Notes: generated from the sequence alone by a model not told the origin. Positions 28,349 to 37,776 are shown, counted from the first letter of the stretch. The stretch is 64,000 nt of DNA from a virus (IMGVR_UViG_3300047160_008180:769-64768); one strand, 5' to 3'. Translations and numbers: made by a program.

Positions 28349-28651
28349 ATGTCCAAACACAGCCCACCGCACGGCGACCACCCGAGCCGGCACCCGCTTT
28401 CGCACCACACCGACTCGTCCGGTGCTCATGTCCGTGGGACACACCACCACATGAACAACGCGCACATCCCGCACGACGGGCTGACAGCTTCGGAGGGTGG
28501 TTCGGACAAGAGTGGCGGCGGAACCGAGTCGGGTGACTCGCCGGCGTTCGGTTCGCACGGCAATGAGGGCAAGTCGGACATGGCTCTCGACGAGCATCCG
28601 AGCTCGCTGGAGCTCCCGGCGCTGTCCCACAACCGCGGCAGGCAGGAGTAA
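28349..28651 (+). CDS. His-rich disordered protein 1
   Basis: GGAG RBS, HHTDSSGAHVRGTHHHM. Confidence 0.6.
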   Translation: MSKHSPPHGDHPSRHPLSHHTDSSGAHVRGTHHHMNNAHIPHDGLTASEGGSDKSGGGTESGDSPAFGSHGNEGKSDMALDEHPSSLELPALSHNRGRQE

Positions 28652-28658
28652 GCACGCG

Positions 28659-28937
28659 ATGAGTGACATCCCGTACATCAAGCATCCCCGTCAGGGCCGT
28701 CCCGGACAGCACAAGCCGCACCACAGCGACCACTCCGGTGCGCACGCTGCCGGCACCCACGAGCACATGCAGCACGCCGAGGACCCCATGCACGGCATGC
28801 CGCAGGGCGCCGGGGCCATGGCTGAGGGCTCACCGGCGGAGGAAGCTGGCGAGAGTCCCCAGGAAGAGGCTGCCGAGCAGTCGGCCGGCATCGGTGGCGC
28901 CGCGGGCCCAGGCGGCACAGAAGGCTCTCCAGTCTGA
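28659..28937 (+). CDS. His-rich disordered protein 2 (paralogue of 28349)
   Basis: GGAG RBS, HHSDHSGAHAAGTHEHM. Confidence 0.6.
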   Translation: MSDIPYIKHPRQGRPGQHKPHHSDHSGAHAAGTHEHMQHAEDPMHGMPQGAGAMAEGSPAEEAGESPQEEAAEQSAGIGGAAGPGGTEGSPV

Positions 28938-29836
28938 CCCAGCACGTCACGGTCGTCCGTAGCGGACGAATCGGCGACGTGGCTCTCCTCCTGCCGGCGG
29001 TGCGCGCACTGCAGGCTCGAGGCGCTCAGGTCACTTGGCTCATCCAGGCGGATGCTCACCGCCTGGTTGGGCACATCCCCGACATCGATTGGCAGGTGAT
29101 GACCGGCGGCATGATGGGCGGCCGGCGGCTCCGTACGGCCATTCCCCCGAGCTCCCGCGTACTGCTCCTGGAGACGCCTACCGTCGAGACAGGCGTGGCC
29201 GTCTGTAGCCGTCGGGTCGAGGACTTGTCGGGCCCCATCAGTGAGCAGCGGCATGCCCTGGTGGACTATTGGGAGCGCGTCCATGGCCGACCACCAGGCC
29301 CAGGAGACCGCGCTCACTGGGGCCTTACGGACGCCGTGCCTGAACCCGGCAATACGCTCCTGCTCAACCTGTGCTCCTCCTCCACCGCCAAGGACTGGAC
29401 GGTGGACGGTTGGGCGGCTGTCATCCGTTGCGCCCGGGAGGAACTGGGCCGTATGGTCGTGGCCGTCCACTCTGGCCGCGGCCCCGACCTGCAGCTTCTC
29501 GAGGAGATTCGCCGCAAAATCCCCGTCCTGGAGCTCGCATGCACCCTGGCTGAACTGCTGGATCTCCTGGCCGGCGCGTGCTGCTTGGTTTCACCCGACA
29601 CCGGCACCCTGCACCTGGCCGGCGTGGTCGGTACCCCTGTCGTCGGCATCTACGGCTACACGCACCCCGTGCAATGGGGCCCATATTGGTCCCAGGAATG
29701 GACGTGCTACTACCCTGAAAGCACCAAGAAGGTCGGGCCCGGGGTAGTGCTTGCGGCCCTGCGCGCACTGGCCCAAGCCGGATACCCTCGAGTCGGCGGG
29801 GAAGGGGCGGCTATCTGTGCCACACCTGTGCCATAA
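28934..29836 (+). CDS. Glycosyltransferase family 9 (heptosyltransferase-like), probable CTG start
   Basis: VVRSGRIGDVALLLPAVRAL N-terminal motif lies upstream of the track start 28979; KDW; VSPDTGTLHLAGVVGTPVVGIYG...WGP. Confidence 0.85.
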   Translation: MTQHVTVVRSGRIGDVALLLPAVRALQARGAQVTWLIQADAHRLVGHIPDIDWQVMTGGMMGGRRLRTAIPPSSRVLLLETPTVETGVAVCSRRVEDLSGPISEQRHALVDYWERVHGRPPGPGDRAHWGLTDAVPEPGNTLLLNLCSSSTAKDWTVDGWAAVIRCAREELGRMVVAVHSGRGPDLQLLEEIRRKIPVLELACTLAELLDLLAGACCLVSPDTGTLHLAGVVGTPVVGIYGYTHPVQWGPYWSQEWTCYYPESTKKVGPGVVLAALRALAQAGYPRVGGEGAAICATPVP

Positions 29837-29872
29837 CTAAGGCATACCTATGCTCCAGCCCGCAACGCGGCG

Positions 29873-29901
29873 TTGAAGTCCAAGGGATAGCGGGGTATAA
29901 A
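29873..29901 (+). promoter_or_regulatory. Sigma70-type promoter
   Basis: TTGAAG-N17-TATAAA. Confidence 0.65.
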
Positions 29902-30026
29902 ACGACAAACGCCCCAGGGACGTGAGTCGCTGAGGCGTTGCGCGAGATACCCGTTACCAGCGTGTACCTCGATGCAGTAGGTTGAAACGTGAAGGCACCT
30001 ACTGCGTGAACGGGATCAATTCTACC

Positions 30027-30083
30027 TGTTTCACGCTGTTACACAAGTTTCACCTCATTGCATCTTGTTACACTCCGGTTACG
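30027..30083 (+). repeat. Array of about six degenerate heptamers at about 10-bp period (iteron or operator-like)
   Basis: TGTTTCA, TGTTACA, AGTTTCA, CATTGCA, TGTTACA, CGGTTAC at 30027, 30037, 30046, 30056, 30066, 30076. Confidence 0.6.
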
Positions 30084-30278
30084 GCCATCCTGCGCCGTCT
30101 GACCGACGAAACTTCATGGGCGCTTCGGGTGGCGCTGCTGGTCATGTACCCCCCGACGTGTCAGCCAGACGGGCGGCTAAAACCCAGGCAACGCCCACCC
30201 AGCGACCTGGTCCCTCAACCCGAGCAAGGATGAAGACCCAGAATGTAGAACCTCCTTCGGGAGGGTAAAGGGATAGCT

Positions 30279-30533
30279 ATGCCCGCGAGAAATAGAAAAC
30301 CAGCGTATCGACACGACCGACACCACAAGGTTTACGGACAGACGGGGAGCGTCGCTGGGGACGTAAATATCTTTAATCGGCGATACGGGAACATCCGGCG
30401 CAACCTCAAAGGACAAGTTCGGTTCCTGGAGGGCAGACGGGTCCTAGAACTCGAACTATTAGTCGAGATCGGCCAGGCTTCGGAACTCGATCGGAAGGAA
30501 CTCAGGCGACTAAGGGCTAAAAATCGGCCGTAA
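30279..30533 (+). CDS. Small basic hypothetical protein
   Basis: 84 aa, Arg-rich. Confidence 0.5.
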   Translation: MPARNRKPAYRHDRHHKVYGQTGSVAGDVNIFNRRYGNIRRNLKGQVRFLEGRRVLELELLVEIGQASELDRKELRRLRAKNRP

Positions 30534-30543
30534 GTCATCGAGC

Positions 30544-30573
30544 TTGTGACGGTCTGTTACACGGTGTTACGCT
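30544..30573 (+). promoter_or_regulatory. Conserved promoter/operator element, copy 1
   Basis: TTGTGACGGTCTGTTACACGGTGTTAC, 25/27 identical to 46399, with TACGCT as -10. Confidence 0.65.
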
Positions 30574-30607
30574 CGCTGCTCATCCCGATCACTGAAGGAC
30601 GTAAGCG

Positions 30608-30763
30608 ATGCAATGCCCCTGCGGTGGTGAAGTGAAAACCCGGGAGTACGAACCGGTCGGCAAATCGATCGTCGAGATCACCTCGAAGTGCGAGGCCTGC
30701 GGCCGGCGTCGGCTGGTGGTGCGCGACAAGCGAACCCGAAAAATACTCTACGAGAAGGGCTGA
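30608..30763 (+). CDS. Small zinc-ribbon protein (51 aa, below track cut-off)
   Basis: MQCPCGG...KCEACGRRR with GAAGGA RBS. Confidence 0.6.
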   Translation: MQCPCGGEVKTREYEPVGKSIVEITSKCEACGRRRLVVRDKRTRKILYEKG

Positions 30764-30765
30764 CC

Positions 30766-31056
30766 ATGGGCGACATGGGCGATTACTTCCGGGATTACAC
30801 GGTGATGCGCAGGGAGAAGCGCCGGTCGAACACGGAAAACTCGACCGAGCTACTCAGGCAGCAGGGTATCCCGTTTGAGAGTCGTAACGGCGGCGCGCAC
30901 CTTGTCGTCGACGGCGTGGCTGACTTCTGGCCGAGCACCGGGCTGTTCATTCCCAGGGACCGCACCTATTCGCGGGACCGCGGGGTGAGTCGCTTGCTGG
31001 ACTTCGTGCGCGCTCGCCGACTGGACAGGGTGCGCGCGGTAGTGTCACCGAAGTGA
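30766..31056 (+). CDS. Conserved phage hypothetical protein
   Basis: MGDMGDYFRD...GIPFESRNGGAHLVV...DFWPSTG pattern. Confidence 0.7.
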   Translation: MGDMGDYFRDYTVMRREKRRSNTENSTELLRQQGIPFESRNGGAHLVVDGVADFWPSTGLFIPRDRTYSRDRGVSRLLDFVRARRLDRVRAVVSPK

Positions 31057-31195
31057 AACTGCTTCGCTGGCTGCGGGCCCTCCTCGAGGGACAACCGTCG
31101 ACCAGGTCGTGGTCGAGCGATGTGTTCTATGTGAATTCCCGCGGTCAGGTAGTCGAGCACCGGGTCAAACGACACACCGTTACGCGTCACTGAAC

Positions 31196-31222
31196 TGAAA
31201 CTGCTTGCAACAATGTGTAACA
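31196..31222 (-). promoter_or_regulatory. 10-bp-period repeat site (inverted orientation)
   Basis: TGAAACT, TGCAACA, TGTAACA at 31196, 31206, 31216. Confidence 0.55.
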
Positions 31223-31294
31223 GGTTGCTAGGGTAGAGGTGCGCGGTCAACGCCCGGTCCAACTAACTGAACACCCACGTAGGAGATAGCAACG

Positions 31295-31528
31295 ATGCAA
31301 AGAAAACCCGTCGACTCCAGCAACATCGCATCCATTGGCTTCGAGAAGGGGCCGCCCGCGGTGCTCGAAATCGAGTTCAAGGGCGGAGGCGTGTATCAGT
31401 ACACCTCGCAAAACGATGCGATCGTGGAGAAGCACTACAACGACCTGATGCTGGCCGAGTCGAAAGGGAAGCACTTCACGGCCCACATCCGTCGTGATCC
31501 CGCGCTCGTCACCAAAAAGGTCAGCTAA
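31295..31528 (+). CDS. KTSC domain protein
   Basis: VDSSNIASIGF...LEIEFKGGGVYQY...AESKGKHF..HIR. Confidence 0.88.
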   Translation: MQRKPVDSSNIASIGFEKGPPAVLEIEFKGGGVYQYTSQNDAIVEKHYNDLMLAESKGKHFTAHIRRDPALVTKKVS

Positions 31529-31537
31529 CAGGAGGCT

Positions 31538-32071
31538 GTGCCCGTGCGGGAACCACGTCCCAAGCAGTTGTTCCCCACGGGCGGCAAAAACCTGTATGAG
31601 CTCCTCCGCAGCGACTATGAGCCGGTGTTCATCGACGTATTCGCCGAGGAGGAGTGCCAGCGCAGTCGCGTGGACATGGAAGGGACGCTGACCTATCGGC
31701 GCAGTTTCGACCCCATGCTGTACTTCTGGCCAGTCGAAGGTCAGCACGTGGTAGCGCACTTCGAACGGCGGCCGGCGGAGCTCGATCGACTGGTGAAGGC
31801 CTTGCAGCGTGACGGGGCCGTGTGGATCACTGCCATATACAAAAAAGACAAGATCCCCGTCAGTTTCTACAGCCCCGAGTGGAATAGATACGATGATGCA
31901 GATTGCTACGCCTATGAGCACTGGGGGGATTCAGACGGATTTATGCTCAGGCGGTATGGGCCAGCGGCCGTGGACCCTTTGGCCGTTCCAGGCCGAGGGA
32001 GTGGAGCGGATCATTCAGGAGCAGGAGCGGTTCCGCCGCATCCTAGTGGCCTCCCCGACGGGCAGCGGTAA
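31538..32071 (+). CDS. Hypothetical protein (3' end overlaps the helicase)
   Basis: GGAGG RBS, 177 aa. Confidence 0.55.
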   Translation: MPVREPRPKQLFPTGGKNLYELLRSDYEPVFIDVFAEEECQRSRVDMEGTLTYRRSFDPMLYFWPVEGQHVVAHFERRPAELDRLVKALQRDGAVWITAIYKKDKIPVSFYSPEWNRYDDADCYAYEHWGDSDGFMLRRYGPAAVDPLAVPGRGSGADHSGAGAVPPHPSGLPDGQR

Positions 32072-33491
32072 GACGGTCATTGCCATGGAGTTACTCTGGA
32101 GAGCTCGAGAACGCGGGATGACCGCGATGTTTATGGCCCCTCGCCGTGAGCTCCTACGACAGACCGCGCGGAAGCTCGACACGTGGGCGTTCGGCGACTA
32201 CAACATGATTGTCTCGAGTTCCCGCAACCAAAACCTGTACTCACCTCTGCAGGTCGCCAGCGTCGACACCCTCGTGTCCCGCGTGCTCAAACGACAAAGG
32301 TTGGTGCTGCCGCCCATCCAGTACGTGATCGTCGACGAGGTCCACCTCTACATCACGGCGTTGCGGATGCAACTTATGGAGCTCTTCCCGCCGCCGACCA
32401 TCATCATCGGTCTTACGGCCACACCAGGCCGCCACGACGGCCGGGCGATGAATATCGGCTTCGAGCGGCTGATCGAGATCGCAACCCCGATGCAGTTGAT
32501 ACGCCTTGGCTACCTCACGCCGTCGCGACACTTCGCGCCCTCGAGGCCTGACCTGAAGAGCGCGCGGATCGTGGCCGCCGAGTACAACAAAAAGGACGTT
32601 GAGGTCGCCATGGATCCCCTGGTCGGCGGCATCGTGCCGAGCTGGCTCGAGCGCTGTTCCGACCGGCGCACCATCCTGTTTGCGAGCTCTGTGCAGAAGT
32701 CGGTATGGCTGGCCGAGCAATTCCGTGAGGCAGGCGTCGCTGCCGAGCACTGCGACGGTACCGCAGAAGAGGACTATCGGGACGCGGTTTTCGATCGCCT
32801 GAGCACCGGCGAGACCCAGGTCCTGTGTAACGTCGACCTGGCCACGTATGGGTTCGACCTGCCGGCGGTGAGCGCGATTGTGCTGGCCTGCCCAAGCCTG
32901 TCGGTAGTCAAGTACATCCAGAGACTCGGCCGCGGCGCCCGCAAGGACGATAGCAGTGGTAAGCGCGATTTCATCGTGAACGACCACTCCGGTGCGGTGT
33001 ACGAGCATGGATATTTCGAGGACGACCGGCACTGGACCCTGCAGGGCATCAAGGAGGTAACTCACAAAGGAAGAGGCAAAAATTCGCGTGCTGGGAAGGT
33101 CAAAGACAAGGTCATGCACTTGCGCTGCAAGAAATGCACGCTGGTGTTCACCGGCTCGCTGACCTGCCCCGACTGCGGCTACTACTTCGAGAAGACTGCC
33201 AAAAAATTCCACGTCGTCGACGGCGAACTGGTCCCGATTCAGGGCAAGGAGCCCGATGTCGGCGAGATCGAGCGCCGCACCTTCTTTGCCGAGCTGCGCG
33301 GCTACGCGGCAGAGAAAGGTTACAAGCAAGGGTGGGCGGCGTACGCCTACCAGGACAAATACAAGGCCATGCCGCCCCGGGAGTGGAACTACGACCAGGT
33401 GCAGTCACCTGGAATGCCAACCCTACGGTGGCTGAAGTTCGTGCAGATCCGGCGGGCTAAATCGCGCGACAAGAAGAAGGCGAACGCATGA
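31956..33491 (+). CDS. SF2 DEAD/DEAH helicase with C-terminal zinc ribbon (RadD-like)
   Basis: LWPFQ, SPTGSGKT, IVDEVH, GLTATP, GFDLP, YIQRLGRGAR, CKKC...CPDCG. Start re-set to ATG 31956. Confidence 0.9.
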   Translation: MGQRPWTLWPFQAEGVERIIQEQERFRRILVASPTGSGKTVIAMELLWRARERGMTAMFMAPRRELLRQTARKLDTWAFGDYNMIVSSSRNQNLYSPLQVASVDTLVSRVLKRQRLVLPPIQYVIVDEVHLYITALRMQLMELFPPPTIIIGLTATPGRHDGRAMNIGFERLIEIATPMQLIRLGYLTPSRHFAPSRPDLKSARIVAAEYNKKDVEVAMDPLVGGIVPSWLERCSDRRTILFASSVQKSVWLAEQFREAGVAAEHCDGTAEEDYRDAVFDRLSTGETQVLCNVDLATYGFDLPAVSAIVLACPSLSVVKYIQRLGRGARKDDSSGKRDFIVNDHSGAVYEHGYFEDDRHWTLQGIKEVTHKGRGKNSRAGKVKDKVMHLRCKKCTLVFTGSLTCPDCGYYFEKTAKKFHVVDGELVPIQGKEPDVGEIERRTFFAELRGYAAEKGYKQGWAAYAYQDKYKAMPPREWNYDQVQSPGMPTLRWLKFVQIRRAKSRDKKKANA

Positions 33492-34315
33492 GCGAGGGAC
33501 TCATCGCATTCCAGGGCGAGGTCGAGCTCCTAAACGCATCGTGGGACCTCGAGAACGGCCGGATGGTCGAGTTCCGAGTCTGCGGCGAGGCCTACGGACG
33601 GGTGCACCCGTTCAAGAAGTACCAGCAGCGCCGCGGCGGCCGGATGGGATCCAGATTTAAGGCGGCGTTTGGCCGTGTCACCACCGGCGAACTCCTCATG
33701 AGTTGCGAGGTGATGCTAGCCGCGTGGAAGGACTCCTCCGCGGTAGGGCAGTCGATCAAATTCTGGCTGGACAATGAAGTCGAGATGCACCCGTTCTGCG
33801 GCTGCGTCCGGCGCAAAAATGGCACCCCGGGAGACGTGTTTACCCTGGTGCTGGTAGAGCTAAACGATGACGACACACCCGTTAACCAGAATCAGCGAGA
33901 TCGCGCCGAAGGACAGCTTCCTAGGGAGTCTGGAGTGGGAGTTCAAACTGGCGTACTTGAGCCCAGCGCAACTGCGTCAGGAGTGCAGGAGGGCGCTGAG
34001 GCGGGTGAACAAGCTGACCGCGCTCCTACGGGTGCGCCTAGTGGAGCTCGAAAAGCTGCTTCAGGTGGTGGAAAACCACGGCGGTTTTCCTCCTCGGTTC
34101 ACCTCCTTGTCACGAGCGCGCTCTACGTCCAGTTCCTCCAAGAAACAAAGCCGACGCTCGTCAAGCAATGGACACCAGAGCTCGCGCGCCGGTACACGAA
34201 ACAAGTCATCAAAGTCGAGAGCCTCTCGGACCTTGACCGGGACCCAGCGGCGGTGAAGCGCTTCCACGACGAGATCCGTCGTCCGTATGAACGTTGGTAT
34301 AGGCAAGAACCATGA
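33488..34315 (+). CDS. Hypothetical protein
   Basis: 275 aa with ATGA overlaps at both ends. Confidence 0.65.
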   Translation: MSEGLIAFQGEVELLNASWDLENGRMVEFRVCGEAYGRVHPFKKYQQRRGGRMGSRFKAAFGRVTTGELLMSCEVMLAAWKDSSAVGQSIKFWLDNEVEMHPFCGCVRRKNGTPGDVFTLVLVELNDDDTPVNQNQRDRAEGQLPRESGVGVQTGVLEPSATASGVQEGAEAGEQADRAPTGAPSGARKAASGGGKPRRFSSSVHLLVTSALYVQFLQETKPTLVKQWTPELARRYTKQVIKVESLSDLDRDPAAVKRFHDEIRRPYERWYRQEP

Positions 34316-34482
34316 AATTCAATGTCGCAAAGCTGCACGAGCAGGTCATCTTCCTGAACGAGCAGGCTGGCCGGCTCGATCTCCTGGCCGATAAGCCTGG
34401 GAACCAATGGGAGCGCGGTGAGCGGGCACATCTCTGCATTCACTGTGGGAAGCCGGCTCCTCTTGACTGGTACGAGGACTAA
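34312..34482 (+). CDS. Small protein with CxxC (56 aa, not in track)
   Basis: MKFNVAKLHEQ...CIHCGKPAPLDWYED, ATGA-coupled. Confidence 0.5.
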   Translation: MKFNVAKLHEQVIFLNEQAGRLDLLADKPGNQWERGERAHLCIHCGKPAPLDWYED

Positions 34483-34483
34483 C

Positions 34484-35404
34484 ATGACCCATTGCAAATG
34501 CGCCTTCACCGATCCTGACGGCACCTTCGTTCCTGGCGAGGCTTGCCCGATCCATCCCGACGTGAAACCGCAGCGGGAAGCGCTCACCTCAAATGAGCGC
34601 TCTTTCTTCGAGTGCTTCGCCAAAACCCAGGATTACAACATCGATTGGGATGCCGAGAATGAGAACTATTTCAGCGTGCCAACGCGCATCGCCTGGAATG
34701 CATGGCAGGCTCACGCAACGGTCCCAGTCCTTACGGACTCACCCGTCGAGACGAAAGCGCTGCGTCCGATTCCCTCGGCGTGGATGCGGGGCGTCTCCAG
34801 TTACGTGCCTGGCGAACCGACTGAGTACGATGTGGAGGTGGTTCCAGACTGCGATGGCCCCCCGGACGATGGTCACCGTTGGACTCCTCTGTACCAAGTG
34901 GCGCCTGATCCGATCCCGGTGGCCGACTGCAAACACGAGCGAGCGGACCTCAAGTGCCGCGATTGTGGATTGGATCTCGTCGGCGCTCTACGGCGACCTG
35001 TGGAACCGTCGGGTTTCTTACCTGATGCAGCAGCCAGCGCGCTGACCGATGCTTGCATGATTCTCGATGTCGTCAAAGGCGAGTGGGCTGAGGCATGGTC
35101 TGAATGGGATGAAGGCGTAAGAGAGCGGATAACCAGACTATTGGTTGCGCACCATGAAAGGCGACCGGTGGAAACATCCGCGCCGTCGCCGCGCTTCGCT
35201 GGCTTAGTCGGCGAGTTCCGCGCGCCGAAAGCGGGCGACAAGTGCAACCACTGCGGTAATACGTGGATTCAGGCTCCCTACGGTGGCCAAGGCGTCTACC
35301 ACGAGTGTCACATTGGGCCTAAGCAACCGCTGAAAGTCACGGAGCAGCCTCGATTAGGAGCCCCGCACCCGCCGAGCTGCGCGTGCTGGGAGTGTTGCAA
35401 GTGA
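34484..35404 (+). CDS. Mosaic Cys/His-rich hypothetical protein
   Basis: Several CxxC/CxH clusters. Start re-set to ATG 34484 after GAGGA. Confidence 0.55.
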   Translation: MTHCKCAFTDPDGTFVPGEACPIHPDVKPQREALTSNERSFFECFAKTQDYNIDWDAENENYFSVPTRIAWNAWQAHATVPVLTDSPVETKALRPIPSAWMRGVSSYVPGEPTEYDVEVVPDCDGPPDDGHRWTPLYQVAPDPIPVADCKHERADLKCRDCGLDLVGALRRPVEPSGFLPDAAASALTDACMILDVVKGEWAEAWSEWDEGVRERITRLLVAHHERRPVETSAPSPRFAGLVGEFRAPKAGDKCNHCGNTWIQAPYGGQGVYHECHIGPKQPLKVTEQPRLGAPHPPSCACWECCK

Positions 35405-35436
35405 ACGGGAACGCGCTTCTTATAGGAGAATGACAG

Positions 35437-35748
35437 GTGACCACGCGACACTTCAATAATCTGACACCGGGCGAGGCTGAGCGGCTTGCGCTCCTGGCTG
35501 AAGAATGCGCAGAGGTCATTCAAGCGATTGCGAAGATCCAGCGCCATGGATATACGAGCCACCATCCGAACGACCCTAGCACCGACAACCGCGAGGCATT
35601 GGAGCGCGAAATGGGCGATGTACTCGCCGCCATACAGATCATGAAGGAAGCGCAGGATGTGATGCAGGAGCATCTGACGGAGTGGCGCGAGGACAAACTC
35701 CAACGGGTTGCGAAGTATCTTCACCACCAGCCAAAAGATTTTCTGTGA
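35437..35748 (+). CDS. MazG-like NTP pyrophosphohydrolase
   Basis: LLAEECAEVIQAIAKIQRHG...LEREMGDVLA. Confidence 0.8.
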   Translation: MTTRHFNNLTPGEAERLALLAEECAEVIQAIAKIQRHGYTSHHPNDPSTDNREALEREMGDVLAAIQIMKEAQDVMQEHLTEWREDKLQRVAKYLHHQPKDFL

Positions 35749-35755
35749 GCGAGAC

Positions 35756-36073
35756 ATGACAGTCAACCAACTCCACAAGCTACTCACCAAACTGATCGCT
35801 CAGGGACACGGGCGAAAATCAGTCTACGTGGACAAGGGCAGCTACCGAGATCCTCGAGAGGCAGATGGTTGCGTAATCCTGCCGGTCTACCGTGGCGCCA
35901 TGCACACCTATCGACTTCTGGATGAAGACGGCGGGACTTGGATCAATGCTGACGGTACTGAGCGCCAGCGCACATCGCTGGTACTCATTGGAGATGCGGG
36001 CTCGACTTGGAAGGAGCACATGCCGCCAGAGCCGCGACGGTCATCAAAGGGCAAGAACGTGAACCATGGGTAG
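35756..36073 (+). CDS. Hypothetical protein
   Basis: ATG 35756, co-oriented in the operon. Confidence 0.55.
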   Translation: MTVNQLHKLLTKLIAQGHGRKSVYVDKGSYRDPREADGCVILPVYRGAMHTYRLLDEDGGTWINADGTERQRTSLVLIGDAGSTWKEHMPPEPRRSSKGKNVNHG

Positions 36074-36422
36074 GCAACCATCAGGTGACTCATCTGTCCA
36101 CGGTGCCGTGCGCGTCCGAGATATGCCGTGGACAGAGATCATGAAGCTCCTGCGGTCGCTGTCCGCGGAAATCGGCCGCCTGCAGCGCTTGGGCGACCAG
36201 TGCGCCACGGCCGTCATGGCGCACTACGTGTACGCCTACAACCACCCGATGGACGAAAAGGCCAACATGAACCTGCGCCGCGCCCTCGAGGATTACATCG
36301 ACCGCGACCTACGTGACGCAGAGGTGGCGCAACTAGGTGACCGGTTCGGGCACCGACTCCCGGAGTCCGAGAAGGAGCACGGGCCGCGGATTGTGGTACC
36401 AGACACGGGGCGCGCGCAGTGA
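36066..36422 (+). CDS. Hypothetical protein
   Basis: 118 aa, overlapping both neighbours. Confidence 0.55.
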   Translation: MGRQPSGDSSVHGAVRVRDMPWTEIMKLLRSLSAEIGRLQRLGDQCATAVMAHYVYAYNHPMDEKANMNLRRALEDYIDRDLRDAEVAQLGDRFGHRLPESEKEHGPRIVVPDTGRAQ

Positions 36423-37243
36423 GACCCATGCTCAGGTACCACGGCGGCAAGTTCCGAATCGCGCACTGGATAGTGCAGCACTTCCCGCCCCATCGGGCCT
36501 ACGTCGAGCCGTTCGCCGGCGCTGGGTCAGTGTTCTTTCAGAAACCCCGCAGCCCGTGCGAGACGATCAACGAGATCGATGACCGTATCGTCAACGTCTA
36601 CGAGGTCCTGCGCGATCCGGTCTCTGCCGCTGAATTGCGACGGCGCCTCGAGCTCACGCCGTACGCTCGCGGATCCTATGAATGGTCGTACCAGCTACCG
36701 GTCGACAAGATAGATGCCGCCCACAAGGCCATCACAATCAGTTTCATGGGACAGGGCAGCGATGGCATTACGCGCCGGTACCGGACGGGTTTCCGGGCGA
36801 GGCCGTCTCAAGAGCGGTCGACAGCGGCGCATGAATGGGCGACCTGGCCGAAGGAGATAGAGTTTTTCCACCAGCGCCTGCGCGGAGTGATGATCGAGCG
36901 CTGCAACGCGCTAAAGCTCATTTCCAGGCTTGATGGTCCCGACGTGCTGACCTACTGCGATCCGCCGTACCTACTTTCGACACGTAGCGCGCCGAAGACT
37001 GGCCACGGGTACACCCACGAGATGACCGACGCGGACCATGTTGTACTGGCGTCGACCTTGCACGCGTGCACCGGCCTGGTGTTGATCTCAAGCTACCCCT
37101 GCGAGCTCTATAACGACCTGTACAAAGGCTGGGGACAGGTGACCATGGAGGTGCGCGTCGAGCGGAACCGCAAACGCACCGAGGTCCTTTGGATGAATCC
37201 TGCAGCTATGGCAGCCCAGCGGCAGCCGCGGCTGATTGCGTGA
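36419..37243 (+). CDS. DNA adenine methyltransferase (Dam/D12-like)
   Basis: YHGGKFRIA, YVEPFAGAGSV, YCDPPY, ISSY, RTEVLW. Confidence 0.92.
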   Translation: MRPMLRYHGGKFRIAHWIVQHFPPHRAYVEPFAGAGSVFFQKPRSPCETINEIDDRIVNVYEVLRDPVSAAELRRRLELTPYARGSYEWSYQLPVDKIDAAHKAITISFMGQGSDGITRRYRTGFRARPSQERSTAAHEWATWPKEIEFFHQRLRGVMIERCNALKLISRLDGPDVLTYCDPPYLLSTRSAPKTGHGYTHEMTDADHVVLASTLHACTGLVLISSYPCELYNDLYKGWGQVTMEVRVERNRKRTEVLWMNPAAMAAQRQPRLIA

Positions 37244-37776
37244 TCGAACTCACCCCGCGGTGCGCGGCCGCTTCGTTTGACCCGCACGGCGAGGGGAAAC
37301 CGTGTGGGCCGCCCTGTCCGTTCACGCAAGGACGCTTTTGTGACAATCCCTGGTGCGCCGTCGAGTCCAATGAGGTAAAGCTCCCATGCTCCGTTACCGA
37401 ACACGAAAAGAGGCTGAGGCGGCTGGTGTGCTGCGTGAGCGGCCAAAAGTCAGTGACCCTGCACCACTGCCGGGGCGGGTCGATGGCGGGAAGCCTGTTC
37501 GGGACCCCGGGAGTCGGCCAAAAGCAGAACGAGGCGTTGCAGATACCCCTGCATCACCAGATGCACGTCGGAACGTTCGGGATAGACGGAAGGGTGGCGG
37601 GGGGCGTCCAGAGCTGGGAGTCGAAGTGGGGCCTTCAGACGGAGCATTTAGCCTCGACCTCTCTCCTGCTCCAATACAGCATGTGGAGCCTGGCCTGGTT
37701 GTGGGCGAGTCCGCTGGTACGTCGACGCGTCGAACGCTTCTTGCAGCAGTCCCGCTCCCGATGCCACCCTCAATAA
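37240..37776 (+). CDS. Ref/DUF968-like HNH-fold nuclease
   Basis: RLRRLVCCVSG...LHHCRG...GQKQNEALQIPLHHQMH. Confidence 0.6.
   Translation: MIELTPRCAAASFDPHGEGKPCGPPCPFTQGRFCDNPWCAVESNEVKLPCSVTEHEKRLRRLVCCVSGQKSVTLHHCRGGSMAGSLFGTPGVGQKQNEALQIPLHHQMHVGTFGIDGRVAGGVQSWESKWGLQTEHLASTSLLLQYSMWSLAWLWASPLVRRRVERFLQQSRSRCHPQ

Noticed and set aside
29982-30268. 83-aa and 67-aa ORFs across the repeat array
   Set aside because: No clear RBS or motif. The sequence is dominated by the DNA repeats.
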